Part shown: positions 12,455 through 23,564 of the stretch, piece by piece
How the letters are laid out: each line of letters starts with the position of its first letter
Position numbering within the stretch: the stretch's first letter is position 1
Assembly: GCA_004022145.1 (NCBI GenBank)
Contig: RCNU01000008.1
Origin: Paecilomyces variotii
Taxonomy: Eukaryota
Strand: one strand, 5' to 3'
Length of the DNA: 64,000 bases
Program-made: the position numbers and the translations under genes
Notes under the pieces: model-generated
What the model was told of the DNA's origin: nothing
Database searches by the model: none
Seen by the model: the letters and a program-made list of their open reading frames with translations, nothing else

Positions 12455-14158
12455 ATGTCCTCCGCAGATATCGAGGTCACGTTGGACAACGTCGCCCAGG
12501 TCCTGGAAAACGATACGAGGGTGAAAGTCGCTGGAATCGATGTCGATGGCGTCCTACGAGGAAAGCTCATATCCAAGAAGAAGTTCCTGTCGATTGCACA
12601 AGAAGGCTTCGGGTTCTGCTCTGTTATCTTCGGCTGGGATATGCACGACCGCACTTACTTCAAGGAATTGCAGATCAGCAACAAGGAGAATGGCTACAGG
12701 GATCTTGTTGCGATTCCGGATTTGAAAAGTTTCAGACGGATACCATGGGAGGACAATGTCCCGTTCTTCCTGGTCAGCTTTTTTGATCCAGAGACCAGGG
12801 AGCCCATTTGCGCGTGTCCTCGTGGCTTGCTCAAGACCGCAATGGATAAGTGGGAGAATGCGGGTTATAAGGCGATGGCTGGTGGTATGTATCCTGTTCC
12901 CAATCCTCAAGGCTGTCTCGACTGGGGTCTGAACTGACTTGGTCCAGCGGAATACGAGTTCTACCAGTTCCGCGCACCGGGCAGCAACGACAACCCTGAA
13001 CGCAATTCCTCCAACACAGCTACGTTTCTGAAGAACAACCCTGTCGAGGCTCTTCCGCCTCTGACAGAAGGCATGTTCGGGTACAGCTTGACGCGGCCAA
13101 TTCATAACCAAGAGTATTACTACGGTATCTTCGACGCATGCGAACAATTCAGATGCGATCTCGAGGGATGGCATACTGAGAGTGGGCCTGGTGTGTTCGA
13201 AGCTGTACGCCGCAGTTACCTTGAGAACATTGTCGAAGGCGACCGCTGATTTTATAATGATAGGCCTTGCAATTCGGGGAGATCAAAGATATGGCGGATA
13301 GAGCAGGTCTGTTCAAGTTAGTATACACCGTTGACCCTTCAGAGTCAGAAGAATATACACATGCTGACAGCTGCCAGATATGTGGTGAAGTCCTTAGGCA
13401 GTAAATTCGGCATTACACCCGCTTTCATGGCGAAACCCCGCGAGGGCCTCCCCGGTAACAGCGGCCACATGCACGTCTCCATCGTCTCGAAAGAGGGCAA
13501 GAATCTATTCGCGCGTGAGACGCCCGATGCTAACGCTCCCTATCCGGACGTTGCCTACCTCTCGGACCTGGGTAGACACTTCCTCGCCGGTCTACTTACT
13601 GGTCTGCCGGATATCATGCCTCTGCTGGCCCCGACCATCAACTCTTACAAGCGACTGGTCGAGAACTTCTGGGCTCCGGTTACCGTATCCTGGGGTCTGG
13701 AACATCGTGCAGCTTCCATCCGGCTCATCTCACCGCCGACAGCCAGCGCGAAGGCGACGCGCTTTGAGGTTCGCGTTCCGGGAGCGGATACCAATGCGCA
13801 CCTCGTCCTTGCCGCCATCGTTGCTTTGGGATGGTATGGCGTCGAGAACAAGCTCGAGATTCCCGTGCCTCCGCTGGGTAAGGGTGAAGATGTAGGCAGC
13901 GCGAGCGACCAGGGCACCCGACTGGCGAAGAATCTGAAGGAGGCAACCGTGCGATTTATGGCCAAGGACAGCATGGCCCGGAAGGTGTTTGGTGATGCTT
14001 TCGTGGAACACTTTGGTGGCACGAGAGAGCATGAAGTCCGCCTGTGGGAGGAGGCTGTTACTGACTGGTGGGGTTGCCTTTTTATGTTCCCAATGATGTC
14101 CACTTGATGCTGACCATTATCTGCTAGGGAGGTGAGACGATATATCGAGACGGTCTAA
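12455..14158 (+). CDS. Glutamine-synthetase-like gamma-glutamyl-amine ligase (GlnA4/PuuA type)
   Basis: Five exons: 12455-12884, 12948-13204, 13264-13316, 13378-14067, 14128-14158. Motifs DVDGVLRGK, GYRDLVAIPDLKSFRRIPW, AEYEF, HTESGPGVFE, FMAKP..GNSGHMHVS, NSYKRL..FWAP, RFEVRVPGAD, VTDWEVRRY. Confidence 0.92.
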
Positions 14159-14959
14159 GTGTGTGGGCTCGATCTTCGGACGGCTCTATAGATATGGTAC
14201 TATCCCCACTTTCCTTTGGTCGATCCGGTCATGGCTCGACATGTTATTGTCTCGCCGTACATGATACCAGATAGATCGATTATGATTTCTGTATGACTAT
14301 GGGTGGCTTGTTTGTGCCATCGGTTTGGAGCGATGCTCTTTGATAGCATCCTGATGCTGGGTGTAGGGTAGTCAGAAAGCAATGTTAACGATAAAACTTT
14401 CGAATCTTATACATTAGGTATTCAGTCTCCCCAGCTGGAATTCGATGATTGGATCACTAGAATTACTTTATCATTGTTAGCGTTGCAGGTGCCGTCGAGA
14501 GTCGAAAATAATAATGACTCACTCGATTTGTCGCCCATGTCCCGGCCGAGAACATGCTGCCCCGGAAGTGGACCAGTTCCCCAATGCGTTGATCTGATTC
14601 TGAGCTAACCGTCGGATGGATGGCAGATCCATTCCATGCCTGAGAGGACAAGGCTGGAATCTGGTGGAAAGAGGATTGTGCAGGCTGGCCCGAAGGTATC
14701 GGGAGAAATAATCCTAGAGCATACTGGAGTACAATATACCTTGTGGTCGATATGATTTCATACAAACGTTTCTCCGTGAAGAGGTAATCGGATTATAGAG
14801 AGTTTACTATGACAGTATGACTCCTAGGATAAAAGGTATGGTCTATACTTTACCTGCAGATGAGTCAGGGAATAAAACAATAAGTTGACGAGTAATTAAT
14901 TAACTAATAGTCTGATTATTATTAGTATTATTATTATTATGATTACTGCTATCTAAAGA

Positions 14960-15620
14960 GCAATCCGGACTGGTCCGACTGCGGAAGAATCCGGACGCGG
15001 GGCAGCGAGCTCTCACGTGATCTTCCACCGCGCCGAGCCTGATGACGTCCGTTTGGTTGCCGCGGCTTCTCGGACATGCGGGGCGTTTGAGCTTCTGAAT
15101 CTGAGCTTCCCCGGAGCTGCTGGGAGTTCGGGGAAATCCAAGGGATTATTGCTTAACAGAGGATATGATTTACTCCCGGACAAGAGAAGAGAAGAGAACA
15201 GAACAGATACTCGCATTGACACACCACCACACTACCACACCGCCAGACGAAAAAAAAAGAAGACATTCTTAGAGAAGTGAGGAGCAATGCTGGGAACGGC
15301 GCGGATGGCGATAACGATGACATGATAACGCGGGGAACGGAGAACAAACTGGCCAGTCAGCGTGCAGGATTCGGCCGAGAGCAGACAGTTTCCCGCGGGC
15401 AATTCACAGCGTCTTTTTGTCTTCCATTGCAGTGAATCAAAACTTCCGCTCACCCTTGAGAACGATCATGGCGTCTCCATTATTATTATTATTATTGGCC
15501 ACAGGCTCTTTTCTCGGCCCTTTCTCGCTCTTTTTGGGGCTGCCCATGGACCGCGGTAAAAAGATGTATCGTCTGACGTAGTCCTGCCGTCTCCAGCTAT
15601 ATAGCACCCGGTCTCCCCTC
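14960..15620 (+). promoter_or_regulatory. Malate synthase upstream region with CreA-type and FacB-like sites and a TATA box
   Basis: GCGGGG near 14997, 15078 and 15329. CGG/TCC-rich cluster at 14964-14996 includes TCC-N9-CGA. TATATAG near 15598. Confidence 0.4.
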
Positions 15621-15860
15621 TGCCACCGTTCCCACGGTCCTTCCCTTTCCCCGGCTTTTCCATCTCTCCTCTCGTCGATCGATACCATCAGTGATCTTAT
15701 ATAGCTTTATATTTACTGGAAGTCTCTCTTGAATTGGGATACGCAGAGAGAGACTCTATATACGCCGTTGTCGATCACGAGGATTCTTATCTCCTCAAAC
15801 TACGGGAACATAAATTCCACACAGGAACACCAAGACAAACCGAGCAGTCTTTCACTCACC

Positions 15861-17590
15861 ATGACTTCCGTCGAGGCTCAGCTGAAGGATGTTGCCATCC
15901 TGGGCAACGTGAGCAACGAAGCCCGCAAGATCCTCAGCAAGGAGGCCGTGGCCTTCCTGGCTCTGCTGCACCGCACCTTCAACCCCACCCGCAAGGCTCT
16001 GCTCCAGCGCCGGATTCAGCGCCAGGCTGAGATTGACCGAGGAAACCTGCTCGACTTCCTGCCCGAGACCAAGCACATCCGTGAGAACGATGCCTGGAAG
16101 GGTGCCCCTCCAGCTCCTGGTCTCGTCGACCGCCGTGTTGAGATTACCGGCCCAACGGACCGCAAGATGGTCGTCAACGCCCTGAACTCCGATGTCTGGA
16201 CCTACATGGCCGACTTTGAAGGTATGTGATTGAAAGTGAAACAACAAGCCTTGATCTGATCCTTATATTGGGATTGGTTTGGAAACTATCAGCGGTCTGG
16301 ATGGACTAAGCTAACACACGTACGATAACAGACTCTTCCGCTCCCACCTGGGACAACATGATCAACGGCCAGGTCAACCTGTACGATGCCATCCGTCGCC
16401 AGATCGACTTCACCCAGGGTGGCAAGGAGTACAAGCTCCGTACCGACCGCACCCTCCCTACCCTGATTGCTCGTGCTCGAGGCTGGCACCTCGAGGAGAA
16501 GCACTTCACCGTTGACGGTGAGCCTATCTCCGGCAGTCTGTTCGACTTCGGTCTTTACTTCTTCCACAACGCCAAGGAGCTGGTCGCCCGTGGCACCGGT
16601 CCTTACTTCTACCTGCCCAAGATGGAGTCTCACCTCGAGGCCCGTCTCTGGAACGACGTCTTCAACCTGGCTCAGGACTACATTGGCATGCCCCGTGGTA
16701 CCATCCGTGGTACCGTCCTGATCGAGACCATCACCGCTGCTTTCGAGATGGACGAGATCATCTACGAGCTCCGCGACCACAGCTCCGGTCTCAACTGCGG
16801 TCGCTGGGACTACATCTTCTCCTTCATCAAGAAGTTCCGCAACAACCCCAACTTCGTTCTCCCCGACCGTGCCGACGTCACCATGACCGTCCCCTTCATG
16901 GACGCCTATGTCAAGCTGCTCATCAAGACCTGCCACCGCCGTGGTGTCCACGCCATGGGTGGTATGGCCGCTCAGATCCCCATCAAGAACGACCCGGCTG
17001 CCAATGAAAAGGCCATGGAGGGTGTCCGTGCCGACAAGCTCCGTGAGGTCCGTGCTGGTCACGACGGTACCTGGGTTGCTCACCCTGCCCTGGCCTCTAT
17101 TGCCTCGGAGATCTTCAACAAGTACATGCCTACTCCCAACCAGCTGTTTGTCCGCCGCGAGGATGTCAACATCACCGCCAATGACCTGCTGAACACCAAC
17201 GTTCCCGGTAAGATCACCGAGGACGGTATCCGCAAGAACCTCAACATCGGTCTCTCCTACATGGAGGGCTGGCTCCGTGGTGTTGGCTGTATCCCTATCA
17301 ACTTCCTGATGGAGGATGCCGCTACCGCTGAGGTCTCCCGCAGCCAGCTGTGGCAGTGGGTCAAGCACGGTGTGACCAGCAGCGAGGGCAAGAAGATCGA
17401 CAAGGCCTACGCTCTCCGTCTGCTGCAGGAGCAGGCCAACGAGCTTGCCACCAAGGGCCCCAAGGGCAACAAGTTCCAGCTGGCTGCTCGCTACTTCGCC
17501 GACCAGGTCACTGGTGAGGACTACGCTGAGTTCTTGACCACCCTGCTGTACAACGAGATCTCCACGCCTGGCGCTGCTGCCAAGCTGTAA
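15861..17590 (+). CDS. acuE: Malate synthase, glyoxysomal
   Basis: Exons 15861-16221 and 16332-17590. Motifs [52 protein letters not shown]-terminal PTS1 AKL and strong codon bias. Confidence 0.98.
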
Positions 17591-19058
17591 ACTCGTTTCG
17601 ATGCAGTGCCCGGTCTTTAGTGATACCCATGTTGAAGTTTGACGCCGGCAGAAAACCTTCGCCACGCCCTACATCATCAGAAAACAAAATCTGGTGATGG
17701 GAAACCGAAAGGAAAATTGTTGCGTGGAGTCCTACTTTGGACTGTTTTTCAGTGAAATTGTCTGGATCGGACAGTGGATTTTTGAGTTTCTTTTAGCGGT
17801 TTGATGAAAACTTTTCTACGGTCATGTATATTTTCCATAGTTTTATGAGAAATGCAGGTTTCCTTAACCTTTCCATTTATTTCACGTTCCGGTCCAAGTA
17901 AGAATAAGTAGGCTCAAATACAGTGGCGGATACTATTTTGGGGAAAACGACGGTGTTAGTTTTCGGTTCGTATTGGATGTTCTCTATCTCCGATATCGAC
18001 TGCTTCAGAGCCCTTCCTGTGAAGTTGTAAAGATCCATGGTAGATGTCCACATTCCCCTTCTGTGGTGAATGTTACAGCTCGTAAATGTAGTCGGCCTTA
18101 CCCCTTTCTGTTTCAAGGGGAGGCACGCAGAATCGCTTACCGGCTGTCTCCAATGGCGCATACTTACTCGTCTTACATTCTCTATGTTGAATAACAAGCA
18201 TTCATTGCTCTAGCTTGAATAGCAGCGTTTCACCTAGTATTGCCATCATCAGTATGACATTCATATCCTTGACACCCACTCTATGTAATTAACATGACGG
18301 TTGATTCCCCCTGCGAATCACTTGTCTCCTGTGAAGGCCTCGCTGCATGGAACTTCGGTCTGGGTTCCGCGTAATTAAGTACCTACTTTGTGGGTGACTT
18401 CAGCTAGTTACTTATATCACCCAGGTATAAATATGACTAAATCAGAATCAGTATCCTTCCTCCTTCTGTTTCCTGAGGTGCCCGGTATTATGGGCTTCAT
18501 CATAAACAAAAATATATTATCAAACAGGCTACCGTCTGTTGGTATATGAATAAAGTACTAAATGGGTTACGGAAAGCTTTGAATTAAATTTCTTGCCATC
18601 TTAATTACTAAATACTAGCTCCTGCGCCGGGCTCCTGTACCACTGGAGAGTTGACACCCAAGTCACGCCAGCCCGGATGGTCACATTGTAACTCTCATTC
18701 TGGCCAAACTTTGCAACAGAAGTAACTACTCTGTATGGTGACGAACTAGGCCAATATTGGAAATAACCTTTCTATACCTAGGTATAGTTAGCTGCTGGTT
18801 ATTACCAAACAAAAGTGAACAACCTAGTTATACATACCTTTCTTTCTTTCACGTCCCTTATTATTATATATTTCTCATTTCCTCACTTATTTCCTTGCTA
18901 TCTACAACCCCTCTTCTACTTCTCTCCCATTATCTCCAAGCTATATCTTACCCTCTAAGTTCTGTTCTGCGATCACCAAGTCCTATCTTGTTATATACAA
19001 ATGCCTTTCCACCTCTTCGAATTTAGTCCCACGGTTTTCTTTCATATATCTATAGACC

Positions 19059-20444
19059 ATGTCGCTCCCAGAGCCTCGTCCTGAGTCCGCCCGGAATCTG
19101 CCACCGGGCCCAGGTGTATTCACACAGGAGCAAATTAGGTGCCTCGAGGAGGACGGGATACTTCTTCCCCAAGCCCAACCACATATCAGTGGGAAGAGGA
19201 AGGTCTCGTCTGCATTCAGCCCGCCGAAGTCTTCTTCAGGCTCGTCAGCGTCCGTCAAAATATGGGGTTTCCAACCTGATGTAATCCAAACCTTCGACAT
19301 CCCGATGGAAGAAGAGAGCATCGAAGTCCTCGAGTACGTTGGATTCGTGCCAAGCGCTGCAAAGCTCATCTATGAAAGATACATCAACCGGCCCGATCCT
19401 GATCGCAATCCCGATGATCTCATGCAGTATGTCTTTGGCCATATCGGCTCATTGAAGTCAAGACGATACGACAATATGAGCCACAGAGAAGCGCTGAGAC
19501 AGATCGGCCTTAATCTCCAAATACAAGAAGCAATCACTGATCCCAGATTCTCTCGCATCTTCGGTACTGAAACTCTCCACTATTGGGCAAAGGACACCGT
19601 TCAAACGAATTATGCTGCTCTATTCAGTCGGCAGAGACTGCTCAGGAGGCATGCCAACCAACGCATAGAGTATAAGAACAAGCGGAAAAAGTCAAGACAC
19701 CAGGCCAGTCTCCCTCAAGAGCAAGGCGCGTCGCAGAATCCAGCTGTGACAGCAACCATCAACATGACACCTCGTGATTTCCGCTTTCCGGAGGCATACG
19801 TGGCGATGCAGACTGAAGTCAATACTCTAAACGACCACATTTCTCTATACAAAGGCAAAGCATATGAGGAATTGAACCGGGAAGAAGGCATCGTCAACGA
19901 TGATGGAACTATTAACCTAACACCCCTTCTAACATACCCGGGCGGAGACACCAACTGGGATAAGATCGCGTATTATTGGAATCCCGAGAAAGAGACAGCC
20001 GAAGAGTATCGGAAATATGCAGCAAGAAGATGTCCCACATCTGAGACCTGCATTATACGAATTCAGATCCCGTGGTCATTATTCATTCATAGGCTTCGTA
20101 GGGAAGTCATATGGTATTCTCCTGAGTGGAAGGAATATATCTGGACATGCAGGAAATCTGTCCCGCCGCATCGGAAATTTAATAGGATTTTGCGTGCTGA
20201 TCTTGTCATCAGTCATATCTGCTCTAGGCTAAGCGGGCAGATCATGCGTATTCCCTGGCAGGATGTCCAGACGTGTATCACTGAAGATGATGTCATGCGG
20301 TTACCGTCTGGTAGGAAAGCTACTCAATGGATGTTCGCTCAACATGATACATCGACAACGGAACAGCTGGCTAAAGAGATTCGAGGGAAAATACACTTCG
20401 ACATTTTTGAGGCCGCTGTACGCTCATCCATGACCACGACGTAG
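19059..20444 (+). CDS. Hypothetical 461-aa protein; C-terminal half resembles a DUF3990/ADP-ribosyltransferase-like fold
   Basis: Single-exon ORF with a good ATG context (GACCATGT). C-terminal motif order LYKG..INL..GGD..AYYW.PEKETAEEY..IRIQIP..WKEYIWTCR..DLVISHI..QWMF. The fold call is inferred. Confidence 0.7.
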   Translation: MSLPEPRPESARNLPPGPGVFTQEQIRCLEEDGILLPQAQPHISGKRKVSSAFSPPKSSSGSSASVKIWGFQPDVIQTFDIPMEEESIEVLEYVGFVPSAAKLIYERYINRPDPDRNPDDLMQYVFGHIGSLKSRRYDNMSHREALRQIGLNLQIQEAITDPRFSRIFGTETLHYWAKDTVQTNYAALFSRQRLLRRHANQRIEYKNKRKKSRHQASLPQEQGASQNPAVTATINMTPRDFRFPEAYVAMQTEVNTLNDHISLYKGKAYEELNREEGIVNDDGTINLTPLLTYPGGDTNWDKIAYYWNPEKETAEEYRKYAARRCPTSETCIIRIQIPWSLFIHRLRREVIWYSPEWKEYIWTCRKSVPPHRKFNRILRADLVISHICSRLSGQIMRIPWQDVQTCITEDDVMRLPSGRKATQWMFAQHDTSTTEQLAKEIRGKIHFDIFEAAVRSSMTTT

Positions 20445-21289
20445 TTACGTGGTTACTCGCTTGACGACGCGATTTGATTGGGAACTGCCTCGTCGCTCCC
20501 TCGTCACTCTGTCCTATGCTTTATATCCTTACAGTTGCCTGATAGCTCCAGCAAGGATGCAAATGATATTTCAACACATGATTACACTAGGGACTGAATC
20601 AACCATAGTCCCGGAGCATCGACGAAGTAACGAGTATGCTGCAAGCAATAGTTACAACAATTGCAACCGCTCCTGGGAACGCTACCCTATACACTGCTGT
20701 GAAAAAGAATGGGATTGTGAGCAGGCTTCCGGTTATATAGAGCCGTTTGGGGGGCGAATTATCTTGAAATATCGTGTTTATGGTAGGAGTCTGTAGATTT
20801 ATGCCTCAAGTAATACCTCCGTCTCTCCATCTGTACGCCCTCCTTCATTGCTCAAGAGGAAAGAAATTTGTTTCCACGCCCTGGTTCTGCCGGCAGAAAG
20901 CCGTATATCTCAGCTAGCTACAGGACTTAGAGAAATTCAACCTTCTTACATCCCCCCAACCTGGCTACGCCGTCACAAAATGGTAGCATGTCGTCTTCTA
21001 ACGAGTGCAAACATCCTGCGGAGGCAGCAGACTTTCGACAGCGTCTCTTCGCTCTCGTTGCTGATGGCAGGCAGGCTTCCTCCTGACGCTGTACATTCTG
21101 TCGCCACCATCGATCCCCAGCAGGGGAAAGAAGCCAAGGTTAGGTAGTCATTCTGGACTGGGTCATCTAACATGTTGAAAAGTTCGACGACATTGGATTT
21201 ACAGCAGACGACCACTGGGGAAATGTTGCACGTTCTCGTATGAGGGAAGTGCTTAATCAATATTCTGCCGTTCGATATAACTTCTGGTA

Positions 21290-22405
21290 ACATTGCGATT
21301 GAACGTAAGCGACTCAATTCTATCGGCGAAATCGTCACATCGAGGATACCCTATATCAGCCACTTCCCCAAGTGTGCCTCTGGTGAAAGAATCGGACGGA
21401 ATCTGGGTCGACCATACCATATATGCTGGAGAAAAAAAAGGGGCTTTAGCTGTCGAGCAATGGGGACCTGACAATCCGAACCAGTTGACCAATTCCGAGA
21501 ATACCACTCCGCTTCCCCTGGATGCTGGAAAAGGAAAAGAGGCTTCAGCTGTCGAGCAATCTCTCCAGGTATTTGGGTCACGGCTGAGATATGGATGACA
21601 CTGAATAGTTACATATTTCCCATTATCATGCAGATGGATCGGGTTCACTCAGGAGTCTATTAATGGCCTACAGAACGCTATCACGATGGGCGAATCCTTG
21701 CATGGCCTTTTCGGCAAATTCGCGATTCGTGGAACTTTCTGAATTCCTATTACAGCGGAAAGGCGACTGTCGAGTTCGGAAAGCTCCAGACGTCATCAAT
21801 GAGACTAAAAGCAAAACATATGGTGAATGAGATTAGATCTTCGAGTTTCTTAATCATGTTGTTACAAACCCAGCACTTTATGGAGTAGTCCCAGGCACGG
21901 TCGCCGAGCTTCAGACTACCAAAAATGAGATACCGCACCTCAGGTGGAGTGCTTCTGTTCTTATAACTCCCGCCTGCTCGGTGACATCCTCAATGTACTA
22001 CATGAGGGAGACAGGCGGCGACTTATCCAGTTGGGTAACCAAGTCGTACGGGGTGGAAACTTTACATAAGCGCGATGCAGAGCTGTACATCCGGAAACTC
22101 TACGGTGTGCATCCAGCCATTTGCTGCTATTATTGGTAAGATCCGCGTCCATTTGTTGAACGAAATATCTAATCTCTCCCATTGCCTAGACTATTCGCCG
22201 ACAATCGAAGTTCTCGACAGATAGGCTACCATCGTTTCAGACCGGAAATATGTGGCATCCCAGTCTTGCATGATGGTTTATGAACTTTATCACTGCGTTG
22301 GATGAGCAAGGACACCCGAGTAACTACATTGAGAGTGTAACGGGGCCTGTTCATAAGTATTGGGTGTTCTGGGATGCTGTAAAGAAGGAGGTCAGGATAG
22401 ACTGA
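21290..22405 (+). pseudogene. Probable decayed gene of unknown family
   Basis: Coding-like segments in shifting frames (YAGEKKGALAVEQ.., YYMRETGGDLSSWVTKSYGVETL.., NFITALDEQGHPSNYIESVTGPVHKYWVFWD), a canonical-looking intron ~22135-22188, and premature stops. Confidence 0.35.
21423..21560 (+). repeat. Imperfect 39-bp direct repeat (21423-21461 and 21522-21560)
   Basis: ATGCTGGA..AAA.G.GGCTT.AGCTGTCGAGCAAT occurs twice, 99 bp (33 codons) apart. Confidence 0.75.
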
Positions 22406-23564
22406 AGAATGGTGTAAGGATTTACCCAGTCCCGGGGGTTTAATATAAGGTTGCCAGCTACTTATTACAGCGTCCAGTCTTTTTAGGCGAAGATCGTTAT
22501 CATACGACGGAAGTCGACTGCACGACTATCTAGACTGAAAAGGAGAACTCCTTAAAGGCCTGACCCCTAAGTCTGATATCATACATTATACTACTACACT
22601 CAAAACAGGCTGTTGTTCATACTATTTCGTATTTGGTATGTTCTCCTCTATCTAATAATCCGAATATAACATTATCCCATATTCATCTAGCTTTCCGTAT
22701 CCTGCAACACATTAGTAACTGGTCTATTCATTCATCCTCTAAAATGTCGCTGAACGCGCGAGGAAGTCAAGCGGCGTGCTCCTGTCCCATTCCTATCCCA
22801 GGAAATAAATTTTGGTGAGCTGCATTTCTGGAAGTGAGTAGTACTTATTGAGGTGACTTCTTGGTTCTCAACGACCGAATAGTCCTTTTAAAACGTCACT
22901 ACTAAGCTCAACGCTCCCATGTGCTATTTTCCTTGATTTTTAGTTCCATTGGAGACACTTAATGTCTGGTATCTAGCCCATGTTCAGTAAGATTTCTTGC
23001 ACAATCAAACCCAATCCGTCATTAGCGATTATATCCTATTTTACAGACTGTAAAATATGTTAGTTTCTGCATGATTTCCACACTGTATCCACCTAGTGAC
23101 ATTTTGTCTAATCCACTGTCCATACCTTGAGTCGATGATCTATGAGCCTGCCATTGACCACTCATTATTTCCCCGCCTGGTGGCTTGGCTCATCCAAACC
23201 CCGCATGAAAGTCATGGCTTGTTGACCATCGCATGACAATTGGTGGATATTTAATATAGATAGCCTGAACAGCCACAATATCGGAGATAGCTCGATAGGG
23301 TCATGCGATACTTCTCGATCCCTCACACCACCGATAACTACCTAGTAATATATCCCCGCACGGGCGATCCAGTAGCGAGATATCAAGCGCCAGGATCTAT
23401 TCGAACATCCGCATCATCCCACTCACCATGCGGTTCCGTCGGGTATGCTGTAAAGGGCGGGCTTCGGCTCATCAAGCTGCCATCGAGGGCCCCCCTCTTG
23501 CTCATAGTCCTTAGGCGATTGATCATAAGCTATAACTATTTACTGAAACTGGGTACTATTATCA

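Noticed and set aside
12455-14158. Calling this gene the main glutamine synthetase (glnA) or fluG
   Set aside because: It is not a eukaryotic GSII-type sequence, lacks the Glu flap, and has no N-terminal amidohydrolase domain.
14463-14765. Coding-like minus-strand segment with splice-like sites (also 7822-8281, 17877-18197, 26761-27201)
   Set aside because: No recognisable family and no coherent gene model.
16289-17665. 458-aa antisense ORF over malate synthase
   Set aside because: A shadow of strong codon bias in acuE; no ATG start and no recognisable motifs.
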